DNA of 63,582 nt, filler included, from Reticulomyxa filosa (Eukaryota > Protista > Foraminifera): the NCBI GenBank assembly GCA_000512085.1. It is 22 parts of 22 records of this genome, joined end to end, with 100 filler letters (N's around TTAATTAATTAA, not from the genome) between each part and the next. Parts side by side here need not be neighbours in the genome. Positions count along the whole stretch, not along the records: positions 40,187 to 41,768 come from ASPP01014213.1; positions 41,869 to 45,433 come from ASPP01047722.1; positions 45,534 to 50,099 come from ASPP01018928.1; positions 50,200 to 52,218 come from ASPP01007150.1; positions 52,319 to 53,575 come from ASPP01024289.1; positions 53,676 to 59,335 come from ASPP01012721.1; 16 more parts are not named here. The stretch is one strand, 5' to 3'. The position numbers were made by a program, and so were the translations under genes. The notes beneath the pieces are model-generated. The model saw nothing but the letters and a program-made list of their open reading frames with translations, did not search any database and was not told where the DNA came from. Shown in pieces: positions 40,087 to 53,685 of this stretch; within the stretch, counting starts at the first letter, position 1; every line of letters starts with the position of its first letter.

Positions 40087-40290
40087 NNNNNNNNNNNNNN
40101 NNNNNNNNNNNNNNNNNNNNNNNNNNNNNNTTAATTAATTAANNNNNNNNNNNNNNNNNNNNNNNNNNNNNNNNNNNNNNNNNNNNAAAAAAAAAGAAAA
40201 TTTTTTTATAATCTGATTTAATCATTTTATTTTATTTTATTTTATTTTTTTTATTATTAATTAATTTTTTTTTTTTTTTTTTTTTTATAC

Positions 40291-41077
40291 GTTGTTAGTT
40301 GGGCTGGTTGCAAATGAGTGTATCCCAAACATGGCAATCGATGATATTCCAAACAGTTATTTCTCAAAGCTTGCATCAATTTCAACAGCTTGCCTTTGAG
40401 GACATCTCCGCCTTCTTTCATTAAACACAAGTCTCCATTATCTTGGACAAAGCAAGACGTCGCGCCAAAGTGAATGATTCTTGCCGCTTCTGTTTTAAGT
40501 TTGATTTGGTTTGTGTCTTATTGCCTTCAAGTCTAATGAGTTCAATAGGTTGGCTAAAGGGAAATAAATAGCATACAAATAAATAACATAAATATATACA
40601 TAAATATATATATATATATATTTATGTATATATTTATGTTATTTATTTGTATGCTATTTATAATATTAATATATGACGCGACATTGCCAATGTACCTGGC
40701 ACTTGGCGACCAAACGCATGAATGTGGGCCATCACATCGTGTCGGAGCAGTCTTTCTTGCTTTTCTGCCTCTTCAAAGTCAATGTCATTAATCTTTTTCT
40801 TCATTGCTTCAATCATCTTTGGGGTTATCCCGGGAACACCCAATTCCATTTGGGCTTGTGCCAATGCCACCCACAGTCGTCGCCACGTCGAAAATTTCGC
40901 TTGCTCAGACCAAATCCGACGCATCTGCTTCGACGCGTAACGGGTTATCAACGGATGACGATACTCATCATGAACTGAAGCCGACGAGAAGCGACACCGT
41001 CGATCATAGTATAATGAACGATTAAAAGTTCGCTGGCTGTGCACTAATGCTCTTTTCAAATACTTTGGGGATGCCAT
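40291..41077 (-). CDS. ADSL: Adenylosuccinate lyase, first two exons (3'-partial), with an N-terminal extension
   Basis: YRHPLITRYAS...KFSTWRRLW...RHDVMAHIHAF | AARIIHFGATSCFVQDNGDL...CLGYTHLQPAQLT. Confidence 0.93.
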
Positions 41078-41490
41078 GTCAAAAAAAAATCGAATTTAAA
41101 AAAAACTACACACAAAACCCGTCAACTTTGTTGGCTCGTCGCGGACATTTGTCCAGTGTTTCATCTTCAAACCACACAATAGAGAAAAAAATTTGGAAGG
41201 GGTTTAAAATTGTCTTCTCTGTTTGTGTGGGTTCTACAATTATCCAAAACTTTTTATTAATGAGATAAAAGTGAAGAAAGCAAAGGTAAAAACTACCAAG
41301 TTTGTAAAATGAAGTCAATCTCGAATTAAGCAAAAGTATTTCACTCTGGCATAAAAGGGACAGGAACCATACCAAGCAAAAAACAAGGAGAAGGAAAAAA
41401 AACGCTACCTCCTTGTAGGAGTCTTCCAACTCACAAACATTACCGACAGTATTTTTTTGACTGTTATCATTATCTGGTTTTTCAATAAAG

Positions 41491-41648
41491 ATGGCAACTC
41501 CATTGGTGGAAGTCTCTCTGGCGGAAGTGAACGAGAATTTTGCGTCCGAGAACAAAGTGTGCCAAGTGAGTGTGTCGAAAGTGTTTAACGGTTTGGTGGA
41601 AAAGACCGCCGAAGGACATGTGGCATGTGCGCGAATACATATAACGCG
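41491..41648 (+). CDS. Hypothetical first exon, divergent from ADSL
   Basis: GC-richer ATG-initiated frame ending at a GTATGT donor. Confidence 0.35.
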
Positions 41649-41732
41649 TATGTTGGCAATGTTTGCATTTTGTAAGTGTTGATGAGCGGGCTACCATCAC
41701 TGCCAAGTGCAAAAAAGCCAAACATCAAACAC

Positions 41733-41768
<36 letters not shown>

Positions 41769-41937
41769 NNNNNNNNNNNNNNNNNNNNNNNNNNNNNNNN
41801 NNNNNNNNNNNNTTAATTAATTAANNNNNNNNNNNNNNNNNNNNNNNNNNNNNNNNNNNNNNNNNNNNCCCCTTTTTTTTTTTTCTGCAATTTCTCAAAC
41901 TCTTTCCTTTTTTCTCAATTTTTTGCTTCTACAAAAC

Positions 41938-42138
41938 TTGATTGAGCAGTACATCGTCCCCATAAGTCACCAATTCAATATCACTAAATGCTTCGATTCT
42001 TCGCAGGATATTTTGCTTGTGATGCGACTTCAGCTTCTTATTCATACAACAAATACCCAAACGCAACTTGTTTGGCCCGCATGATGCTGGTTGAAAATTG
42101 GTGTTTTCTTCGTTGCTTTTCAAAGAATCTTCTGCCAT
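41938..42138 (-). CDS. VIP1: Diphosphoinositol-pentakisphosphate kinase (VIP1/PPIP5K), first exon
   Basis: LRLGICCMNKKLKS...NILRRIEAFSDIELVTYGDDVLLNQ matches the PPIP5K N-terminal GIC.M.KK..S..M..IL.RL...E..IFGD.VIL motif. Confidence 0.75.
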
Positions 42139-43804
42139 CACGAATCACAAAATCTATCTTAGTTAGTAGTCGTATAAGATCTTCTATGTCAATGATTTTC
42201 CCCCAGCCCACTTTTTGTATATGTTCAATATTAAGGCTCCCCTTTCTTCGATAGCAAATCACATTGAAAACGTAGTGTTGCCAACGGCACTACCACTTAA
42301 ACTTGCTTTCAATTTTAAATTGCAAACGCAAAAAGGATTGTGTCTTGTATTTTAAACCTAAGAGTAGTACATACATTTTTAATAAAAGGTTTTTAACAAT
42401 TTTTGTGTATCAAAATCACATCCAAAATATATTTAGCCATCTATATCGCTGTTGTTTCCCGTTAATTCAAAATTTTTCTAAAATTTCTAAAATGTTAATA
42501 TTTTTTAAAAGTAAATTAGACTGTTGGAATGGGCATGCATTTTTGTAGAAAAATGTTTGGAAAAATTACGACACATTGACAGAGCATTGTGATTCGTTTT
42601 CAAATCTTTTAAAAAAATTTACAAGGTAAAACCACCACACCCCCAATAATCAACACCAGTTTTGCATGTGTTCATGCCATTTGTCAAAAAAAAAACCTTT
42701 TATTACGATACCAAATTTAAAAAAATATTGCTACTCATAAAATCATAAGTGCAAAATAATTATTTCGCATCATCGCAAAAACGCATGTTCATAAACACAA
42801 AAAATTACTTTTTATCGAATAAAAAAAACAACAAATACACACAGAAAAATATCAGAAGTTCATTCGTCCTCAAAGTTACGGACGAACGTGATAATTACAA
42901 ATCATGTGAAAATTTAAATTTTTTTTAAGTTAAATACTTTTACATTTGCAAGGCGCTGTCCTTGCTTTGAAGTTTTCTCCTTGGAAAAGTAAAGACAAAG
43001 CAAACATAGTCAAAAACAATCATACTTTCACAATGTACAAACTTTGCAAAATAACATTAAATTATGCAAAAAAAAATTTTTTAGTTAACAAAAAATTGAG
43101 TTTTCTCAAAAACTACGCAATACAGAAGATAATCTTTTTTTTGAATGGTCATCTTTATAAGGTGCCGTTTCAGGTGTCAACTTTACTTTGCATTCTACTG
43201 TATAATTAAAAGGTGTAGTCAATTATTAATCACTTATCTTTTGTTCAAATTGTGTTAAATCGAATAAATAATTCTATTTTAAAGCATTCAAACGTTTCTG
43301 ATTATTTCAATACTTTTTTAAAATAAAAATAGTATTAAAAGTGGATAATATTGAAATGCATTTGATGAGAATAGATTGCATTAATATCGATATTAAAAAA
43401 TGTTTTCATTTTTGATGCCAGTGCAATTTCAATTTGATTACAAAGACAGCAAAATATGTATTTAATTTTTACTTTTTGTTAATTAACAAAATGCACTTCT
43501 TTACTCTAACAGAAAAAGTATTTTGAAAATACAGAATATATAATAATCTGTGATTACTTTAAAAACCACTTTAGAATAATCTCATTCAAAAATAGCTTTG
43601 TGAACTCAAGCAAAATGATTTTTGAGTTAGCCTGCTTTGTTTTGAAAAAAAGATACAACATAACAAATATCCGAATGTTTATCTCAAGAATATATAACCA
43701 AATTTCTTCTTTAATATTGTAAGCCAGGCCACTCCAAAACATTTTAATTCTTTTTAACTTTAAAAGGAGAACTTTTTTCATGTACTAAAAAAATTTAAAT
43801 TAAC

Positions 43805-45064
43805 ATGAGCAATAAAACTTTTCAAACTTTGAAAGTGAAAAAGTGGAATGGGAAACTCCTTCAATGTGTGATAAACAAACACGAACTCCTCATTTGTGGA
43901 GGTTATGAGCAAAGAGCTTGTTATTCTTATCATACAATCAAAAATGAATACAAGTTTATCTGTTATTATCCAAATCATGTTCAATTAAAAGGACATTGTG
44001 TAGTGAAACTGGTAGATAACAATAACAAAGACAGAAATCAAATAACTTTGTTGTCTTTTGGTGGAGCAATTAGACATACATTGTTGATGAAATATGTAAG
44101 TGTTTGGAGTAATAAATCAAATATATCAAACAAATTAAATAAATCAAACGATTACAATGAATGGATTCCTTTCACAGATAATCACAATCATCCAATTATC
44201 ATTGGAAGAGAGCGAGATAATTATTGGGGAGCACGTGCAGTGATTGGTGGAAGAAACAGTCATTTGTTATTTATCACTTATACATATAATTATATTAGTG
44301 TATTTGATTTAAATACATTTCAATATATTAAACATGATACCTTACCAACTGATAGTCCAATATGGTGTCATTGCTTTGTATCAAATTCAGAAAATGTACA
44401 AGGACAAGAAATGATGAAAACAAATAAACAAAATTATCAAATATTATTGTTTAAATGTAATATAGGATTATCAATTGAATATGATGAAGATAATAATACT
44501 TTTCAATTTCATCAATTACCTGTTTGTGATGATATTGCGCAATTCTATTATTATGCATATGTGTGTATCAATGATATTATTTTTTTCTTTGGTGGATGGA
44601 ATGGTATGTATGGTACTGATGCTAATGTCTCAAAATCAGTTCACAAGTATTCAATTCGAGAAAACAAATGGACGACATTTCAAAACATGTTACCCAGTCC
44701 ATTATATGATTGTATTGCAATATTGAGTGAAGAAGACAATCACATACACATTATTGGAGGACAAAATTATAAACATGAATCAGTACCAACTTACATGAAG
44801 ATTAAAGTGCGTGAATTGGATCCTTCATTGTTGGTAATAATTTATTTATTATTTATTTACTTTGATGAAACACAAATAAATATTATTATGTGCAACTGAT
44901 TGCAAATAAATAATGAATAGTCAAAAAATGAAGTAAAATTTATTGTCCAATATTGGATTCGAACTTTAAAAATAAAATTAGGATGGATTGCTGATTTTGA
45001 TAAAATTATTATGAAATATGTATATAAAATAAATTTTGAAGAAACACAATTAAATACTTGTTAA
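43805..45064 (+). CDS. Kelch-like beta-propeller protein of an expanded AT-rich family
   Basis: GG-containing blades (LLICGG, LLSFGG, AVIGG, FFFGGW...VHKYS...KW, IHIIGG). Second exon from 44921 encodes SKNEVKFIVQYWIRTLKIKLGWIADFDKIIMKY. Confidence 0.85.
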
Positions 45065-45533
45065 TTTGCGATCTTTAATGATATTTAATATTATTTATTT
45101 AACCTGAATTTTTTCATTATTTGTAAAAAATATAATAATTGAAACAAATCATTTATATTCTTTTTCATTAAAAAAAAATTAAATGATATTCCAAATTTTA
45201 AAATGAATCAACTAAAAAAATAATGTCTTTCAATATAAAAAATATATCAAATTTAAACCAAAAAAATTCATCTCCAAACACGAATTGAACCTTTCTTCGA
45301 ACCATAATATCCTATTTGAGTTTGAGAAAAATTAAAAGGAGGAATTTTATTCACAATCACTTACTTCTTACATCTTCAAAAAAAATAAATTATTTATTTG
45401 CATGAAATTTATAAGCCCCAAATTTGAATTCTANNNNNNNNNNNNNNNNNNNNNNNNNNNNNNNNNNNNNNNNNNNNTTAATTAATTAANNNNNNNNNNN
45501 NNNNNNNNNNNNNNNNNNNNNNNNNNNNNNNNN

Positions 45534-45691
45534 TAATAAAAAACCAAAATGATATTTAAAAACTACACGATTTGTAGATATTTTTTTAAATGAAAAAAAA
45601 TTTTGATTAAATGTTGTTTTTTCATGTAGAAACACAATCATCTCCATAAGGTGGCATTTTAGGTATCAACTTTCTTTTTTATCTTACTGTA
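45534..45691 (+). mobile_element. Diverged right end of the Tc1/mariner-type element
   Basis: Shares ATATTTAAAAACTACA..A.TTGTAGATATTTTTT and ends TTACTG|TA. More diverged than the other copies. Confidence 0.6.
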
Positions 45692-46936
45692 GTTAAAAAG
45701 TGCTTAATACTACGTTCTTATCACGATTTGTTGTCTTTATCATATTAGTATCATTTTTTAAACAATAAAATTCGGATGATAGTACACTTTCTAATAATGC
45801 ACAGTCAATTCGTATATGCAATCAAATGATATAGTTGTATTGAGTTCACATGTCACAACAGTGCTAAATAGCTTACATTATACGTATATTTATGTGTATA
45901 TAAATATCGTATATACTTTCGGGTGAATCTTTTTGTATTCACTTTCATTTGATACTTTTTTTGTTATTATCCACTCAAAAAAAATTGTTTTTAGTTTGTC
46001 CTTCACTTTGTGACGTCTCCCACAAAAAAGATATTTACACAGTGTTCGCGGTTGTTCCTTGTTAAGCAGTATTCTCAACGTTGGCCGATAATACGAGTGG
46101 ATGAATACAACTGCAATAGTCAGACTGCGAACATTGATTCGAAATTCTAAAAAATGATTTGTTAAGGCTTAACAAAAGAGTTTGGTTGTTATCGTTTTAA
46201 GTGTTCACGAAATGTACTAAACAAAACTTTGCACAAAAGTTTTTTATAACTATTGATATATAAACAGCGTGGGTACGTACTTTTTTATTGTGGGTCATTT
46301 TTAGTTTTTTTGAACCTTTTTTCGAAAAAGAACCTGATTTTATTAATAAATAATCTTATTATTGTAACAGCTGCACTGATTTTGTATTTGACATTTATTC
46401 TTATTTGGAGAGGATGTGTTACATGGTTCAACAGTGCTAGCATAGTGATCATGTTGTTAACATTGACTTAATTTTGTGCCGAAACTAAATGATTTGGTTT
46501 ATTTTCCTGTATCGAACAAAATTCATATTTGCTGTTCCTTTTCTTCCACAGTAACAATTTAACATTAGAATACATAATCAATATTGATCAGTGCTTTTGT
46601 TGGCCAAAAGAAAACAATTCAAGGCAGTTTAAAATTTCACAGGAGGCTATAGTGCATCTAACGGTTCAGAAATATTTCTGTTCTGTTGTCATAGAAACTT
46701 CAATAAAAACTGAATTAAAATTATAAACTCAATAACAATACAATGGATCAGATGCGGCATTTTTGGTCTAATCAGACCGAACTCTTTTGAGGTTGTGCCG
46801 TTGACTGAACTTTTGCAGCTAGGGGGTGTAATAACAAGTGTCTGTTATTGTTACCCTTTCCTCTTTTTATTTTTTCCTAATTTCAACGCTTTTAGCAATA
46901 TAATTTGGTCGATTTTATTTAGATTTAATAAGAAAG

Positions 46937-49169
46937 ATGTTCAGAGTACGTGATGTACCTTCCAAAAGGCCTCAGTATTTTTGTAGCAACACAAGTGTTC
47001 AAAAAAGATACAAACGGAGCAGCTGCCATTTTTTCTCTTTAAGTGCCGCGACCGGTGTGCATCAAGATCGTGGACACACGCACAGTTTCACCAGTCCAAC
47101 ACGTTGTTCTTCGTTTCATTATTCCAGAGTTATTATTCAATTGAATTTTTGTAGTTTTTTTTTTTACTCGTTTTTGTTTCGGAACAAGAACAGAGTGGGT
47201 CTTCGGGGGTTGAAAAATTTCCTGAAATTTCTGTCCACTATAAAAAATTCTTTTTGTGCTTCCCCTTTCACGTATAAGGCTCCAGCTGACAAAAAAAAAA
47301 CACAGAAACGAGCTGATACATCTGGTGGCACCACGAAACGTATTAAGTCAACGTCTTGGAGTGCCAAACACGTACGCAAAGTGAATTCAGATGGCAGCTT
47401 AGAAGAACTGATTTCTAATAAAGAAGAAACAAACCGATCCATACGTTGAGGACAAGAGAAGGAAGATTTGTATTTGCTTTTTTAATTATTTATTCATTTG
47501 GTATAGATAATAATAATGAATAGAATCGGGCAAGATGGAACTAAGCACACAGTCCGTTGAAGAAAGCACGCAGCATAGGGATGTGCATGTGCAAAAAGAC
47601 GTCAGTTTCGCAAGATAAAAAAAAATAAAGATACAAATATATATATTCTTTTTTTAAAGACGAGAAAAAAAAAAAGAAAAAATAACTTTTTGTATAAAAT
47701 AATGGATAAAAAAAACAAGGAGGAATACATGAATGGAAAACCAATCGATTACACAAGACAATAACTATCAAAGAAGGTGAGGATCGCGAAGAAATGGAAG
47801 AACATACCGACTCGAAGGAAACTGAAAGCGTGAGGACTGAGTATTTGGATAAACATGGCAATGTGCAAAAAACGATCACACACGAACTTCAGTTCACTAA
47901 TATTTTTTTTTTAAGGCCACAATATTTATACGTAGTATCCAAAAAAAAAAAAAAAAAAAAACTTAAAATAAATAAAATTAGTATTATATGTAATGTGTGC
48001 GTATATATGTTTGTGTGACAAAGTGCAGTAAATCACCAAAGCCAGATAATAGTAAAGATGATGATAAAAACGACGACAAAAACACTAAAGACAAGGATAA
48101 GAACAGCAAAAATAACAATGGCCACAAAAGTGATAACAAGCATGCTGACCATAAGCCGAATACAGGTGCAAGTCCAATAGCGAAAAGCTATGAAAACAGC
48201 AACAGTAATAATGATAATAACAATAACAAGTCTGCCAAAGGTGCAAAAGAAAACACGACTTGGTCAAAATTGCAACGTATACATAATGATTTGACCTTTG
48301 ATGAAGAATGCCGACAAGAATCGGTTGCTGCAGATAGACAAACCGAAATAACTGATGGTAATGATACATTACAAGGAAATGCAAAGCGTGCTAAATCGTA
48401 CGTCGTAAAGGAAGAAATGGAAGAGTCCAGCGCAAGCAATGTGGAGAACACATGACCGAAGAAATTGATCAACACACGCAAGTGACATATGAACAAACTC
48501 ACACGTATTGTCATAATTGGCAAGACTCAGATTTGAGCACTTTAAGAAATGTGCTAGATCAAGTTACAAAAAAAAAAATCCACATTTGTACGTATACATT
48601 TAAGAGTCTACCACAACGCATACATATTTGTTTGTTTTTTTTAATGGAATAAATACAAGATAAACTTACCGACACATCCAATGTTTGCAATGGATACTTT
48701 GAAGACGGTTTGGAGACAAAATTTTTTGCCAGACTTTGAACGACGTATATGGCCGATGATTTGCAATGCATACTTAAAAGATGACATTGCTTATTTGAGC
48801 AATGTTTGCGCGGACGAAGCACTAGCACTTTGTCGTGCGGAGATTGATCAACGCAAGCAAGCCAAGAGACAGGCCCCTGGAAAAGTACTTTGGTATGATC
48901 CAATCGAGTTGCTTGATGCTAAGCTCACAAAAGAAGGTCGACCACAGTTGGTGCTTAAGGCCAATGTCCATACACTCGATTGTCTTGATGGTGCAGTTAC
49001 CAATGAGGAAGAAATCACTCCATTATCACCGCCACACATACAACCGACTGCTAAAACCGCTTTTTTGTTAATTTTGGAACCTAATATTGAGGAAAAGTTC
49101 CTACAATATTCTGGATATCCGTGGCAAGTTCGCTCCTTGCACACTACTAATCAAAGGCAATTGTTTTAA
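46937..49169 (+). CDS. TIM44: Mitochondrial import inner-membrane translocase Tim44-like protein (multi-exon, several apparent frameshifts)
   Basis: R/S-rich presequence-like start, WQDSD segment, and a last exon FLPDFERRIWPMICNAYLKDDIAYLSNVCADEA...IELLDAKLTKEGRPQLVL...WQV matching the Tim44 C-terminal domain. Confidence 0.65.
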
Positions 49170-50216
49170 ACTTGTTGAAAAACCAACTAAATAAAACAGT
49201 TTTTTTTTCTAATACATTTTGCATAATGGTTTGATATTTTTCAATTTTTTTTTTTTTTTGCCTTGTTTTTTTGCATTCAATGGTCTAGTATATAAACAAA
49301 AAAATAAGAATAATTAGTCAATAAAATGCAATAAATTTCATCAAGTGTTGGTAAATTATGCTATCCTTTCTTTCTTAAAGAATTTATTATAGATTGCACT
49401 TTGGATATGTTTTTTAAGTAATTATTGCTTATTTGTTTCTTTTTTTTAGCACAATGCGCTTTAATAATTGTTATAAAGGTTTAATAATGTAATGTGAAAA
49501 ATAATCACACTGATCAGAATATATTAGATCTCTGAGGCATTATAAAGTACTTGAATGATGGAGTTTTGATATTATTTCTACAATGAAATGCTAAAACGCG
49601 CCCGTTATTTTTAAATTTGTTGAAAATTGACAAAATAATTTAAGTTTACGAATCAGTCTATTCATTTTATTTCATTTTTCATGTCAAAAATTTCAATGTA
49701 TGTTGATTTTACGAAGAAAACTTCAGAAATTATTTTCGTATTAAAATTAGATTTGAACAAAATGATCTATGTCATCCTTAGGTTCTGCGATTATTAAAAG
49801 TTTCCCATCTAATAAAATTTCAAGTCAAATACTACAATGCTATCAAAAATCTTAGAAAAATGGAACACAAAACACTAAATTCAAATAAAAAGCAATTTTG
49901 AAATTGTTTGAGGATTAAGTGAGCTTAGCCTGTAAAACGACAGAAGATATTTTTTTTTCGAATACAAAAAGAGATCTGAGTAAAAGTGCAAAAGTTGAAG
50001 GTGGCAACAAAAAAACATGATAAAACTGGAGAATTAAAAGAATAACAAAAAAAAAGGGAGTACAAGAGGCAGGAAAAAAAAAAGATAACAAAAAAAAAAN
50101 NNNNNNNNNNNNNNNNNNNNNNNNNNNNNNNNNNNNNNNNNNNTTAATTAATTAANNNNNNNNNNNNNNNNNNNNNNNNNNNNNNNNNNNNNNNNNNNNA
50201 AAAAAAAAAAAAAAGT

Positions 50217-51508
50217 TTGGGCCCATCAAGAAAGTCGATTGGATCGTTTGTCGAGTATGCAAACGAATGGCATGCTTCGTCAATTGAAATATCATTTGGG
50301 ATATGTGATATCACACGCGTGTTTGGTGTTGATCAACAACCCCATGGATGAGGTGTTCAAGAAGCTGTTGGACGACTCGTTGCGCGCGTTGGGGAGACAC
50401 ATTGTGCGCACAAAGACGTATGACTTTGGATGTTACATGTGGGAAATGATCATTCGCTGTTTGGAGCAGTGCATTCAAAAGGCGAAAGCAAAAGCAAGAG
50501 CAAAAGCCAAAGCAAAAGCAAAGGCACAAGCACAAGCACAAGCACAAGCACAAGCGCTTGTGGCCACGACGAAAGATCAAACCTCGGCTGTCCAACAAAG
50601 TGCGACTCATCATAATCCTGTCACAAATAATAACTCCGCCTCTGCGTTGCAACCTCGGCGTGATTGGACCGCCGAGACCAGTTCCTTGGAGGCCATTGAT
50701 CAAACAGTTGTCAATGGCAATAGCAATAGCAATAGTAATAGCAATGGTGGTATTGATAGTGGTGCTGATGCTGATGCTGACGATGATAATGATGACGATG
50801 ATGAACATGACCATGACAATAATGCGATTGTCGTCGACATTAACGCCTATGTCTACGGCGAACACGCAGAAGACTTTGGCACGGGCACGGGCACAGGCAC
50901 AGGTAGCAATGACAAGTCCGACAAGTCCAAAGAGGACGCGTTGATCGCCGCTCACGCGTTTTGCGAAGCCCAATTGGGACAAATGAACAAAAAGCTGCAC
51001 AAAGTCGATGAAGCCGTCCTGAATTATACCAGAGCCTGCGTGCATAAAAATTGGCTGGATATTGCAAACATTGACTCATTAATGGAGTTGCATTTGACTC
51101 ACAGGTTTGTTTTTTTCCGTGTCTATGTACATCCATCATATTATGTATACACATATATATATATATATGTATATGTATATGAACTATGCATTGTGCATTT
51201 ATTTTAATGGTAACGCGGTAACCCACAGACAATGGCGAATGACACACATATGTATTGCACAGGCAATTTGACAAGGCGAAAGAGATGCTGACGATCCACT
51301 TGAGAAAACATCGCAAACGTCCGGACTACTACTACTTTTTGACGCGCTATTACGAAGAGCGCAACGACTATTTGCGAGCAGCCTTGTCTGCCATGCACGG
51401 AGTACGCTTGGTGGAGCGCATTCGCGAAATGGAAAGCTTGAGTGATATTGAAAGCAGCGAGGAAGAGGAAGAAGAAAAAATCGTGGATCAGCCTTCCATC
51501 AACGATAC

Positions 51509-51552
<44 letters not shown>

Positions 51553-52218
51553 TCCCTACCGATAACCCATCTCTTGATGATACTGCAAATGCATCCGTCA
51601 TCAACGGCAACAATGCAAATGGCCTAAATACTACGCTCGATCAACCACCACAAACGCAAATGCAAATACAAATACAAACACAAACACAAATGCAAACGCA
51701 AACGCAAACGCAGACACAAACGCAAACACAAACACAAACACAACAAACACAAACGCAAACGCAAACACAAACCTGGCCTCCCAAACCTTTTCCTCCTGAT
51801 AATACTCATCACGACATTGACTGGTATTTCGTGGACGATGAGAAAACCAGCGACTATCCTCCTTTGACCACAGTTCGACTGAGCAAAAAAAAAAGACATC
51901 AAATGATCAGCGAAAAAGTGAAAGTCGCGCTAAAAAGCTTGCGAGAGTTTGTCACCAATTGCGCCAAAGAGAGAGAAGACTTGACCGATTGGAATCTGTG
52001 CGGAGACGATGTCATGGGCGATGACGAAAAGAAACAAGATTCTTGCAACGACAACGACAACGACGACAACAACAACAACAACAACGAAAAAAACGAACAA
52101 GAACATAAACAAGAACAACATCCAATCACTGGCTTGGTGCATAGCAATGTCGTCGCTGGAAATACCCATAATTCACATATCAACAATGCCAATACTGATA
52201 TCAATACCAATGTCAATG
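50217..52218 (+). CDS. Helical (TPR/HAT-like) protein with low-complexity insertions, partial at both ends
   Basis: Two in-phase exons with helical LMELHLTH|RQFDKAKEMLTIHL...PDYYYFLTRYY, plus (AK)n(AQ)n, (NS)n and (TQ)n tracts. Confidence 0.55.
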
Positions 52219-52874
52219 NNNNNNNNNNNNNNNNNNNNNNNNNNNNNNNNNNNNNNNNNNNNTTAATTAATTAANNNNNNNNNNNNNNNNNNNNNNNNNN
52301 NNNNNNNNNNNNNNNNNNAATACTGTGGCTCACGATAAAATGTCATTTTCTATGTTTGCTCAAAAAAAAAAAAAATGGAAATTTCCAGACTGTTCGTGGA
52401 CCCTACCTTTCGTCTCTGCTTGCAGCTTTTTCAGCGCCTCTAAGTGCTGCTGCTGCAAGGTTGAAAAAGTTAACATGTGCGCATGTCGAAACGAAAATGT
52501 TGGACAATATCTCTTTCCATTTAATCTATGTAGCCGATACATTTCAGATGATACTTCAAATTTTTGCCATGTTTTTAATTGTTCAGCAAAGGGTATTGCC
52601 CCTTTAATTGACGAATTTTAAATACAGCTCAAAAAAAATAACTCTTTGCTTGTTTTCGCATTCTACTTGAGAAAAAGTCAACCCCAAAAGAAAATATGGA
52701 TCTATTGCATGTCTATTTTGAAGGAAACCAATTAAATTTTTCAAAATTGGAGGAAAGACAAAACGTTATGTTTGCAGACAAAACAAAGGGAGAAGAGGAT
52801 TTTTTTTTTTTAAATGGTCAAGCTCAAGTAGAGAGACGGGAGCAATTTGAATTGTACTCCGAGATAAGGTAGGA

Positions 52875-53469
52875 ATGGAAAGCAAAAATAATACTTCAAG
52901 CGAAAATAATACCCCAAGTCAAAGTAATACGCCAAGTCAAAATAACGTGTCAAGCCAAAACAACACACCGAGACAAAATAAATCACAAAAGCGCAAACTC
53001 CTAAAAAAAGGAAATAAAAAAAGGCACAGATCCTGCAGTTGCCGTTCAACACTGCGAATTGTAGTCATTTTATTCGTAATTCTTATAGCACTCGGTTACT
53101 TTTACCTGTCGCAGTTACAGTCTTTCTTAGGTTTCGACGCCAATGGATCTAAGTCACAAGGTATTTTTTTTTTTTTTTGGATGAATGAACCCTCTATTTT
53201 TTTTTTTTAAAAAAAAAGAGTATCGTGCAAAACTCGAACAATTGTTCAAGTCGTATGTTCCCGAAGAATGGAACAAGCTCTTATCGGAGTGGAAGTCGTA
53301 TGAACAAGGGCGTGACAATTACGACACAAACTCAAAGGAAACATACGAGACCAGCACTACCGAAGAGGGTCAGAAAATTCCGTCGAATGATGAGCCCGCT
53401 TTGGACGCAAATGCCAACGGGGATGTCCTACACGCTACATTTGCCACGGCGGATCACGAACCAATGGAA
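52875..53469 (+). CDS. Type II membrane protein, N-terminal exons (3'-partial)
   Basis: 6-aa repeats (NNTPSQ), a basic stretch, then TM IVVILFVILIALGYFYL. An intron at ~53161-53217 joins the next exon. Confidence 0.55.
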
Positions 53470-53514
53470 GTTATCTCTCTTTTTTTTGATGTGCACATAT
53501 ACATATACATATAC

Positions 53515-53575
<61 letters not shown>

Positions 53576-53685
53576 NNNNNNNNNNNNNNNNNNNNNNNNN
53601 NNNNNNNNNNNNNNNNNNNTTAATTAATTAANNNNNNNNNNNNNNNNNNNNNNNNNNNNNNNNNNNNNNNNNNNNAAAAAAAAAG

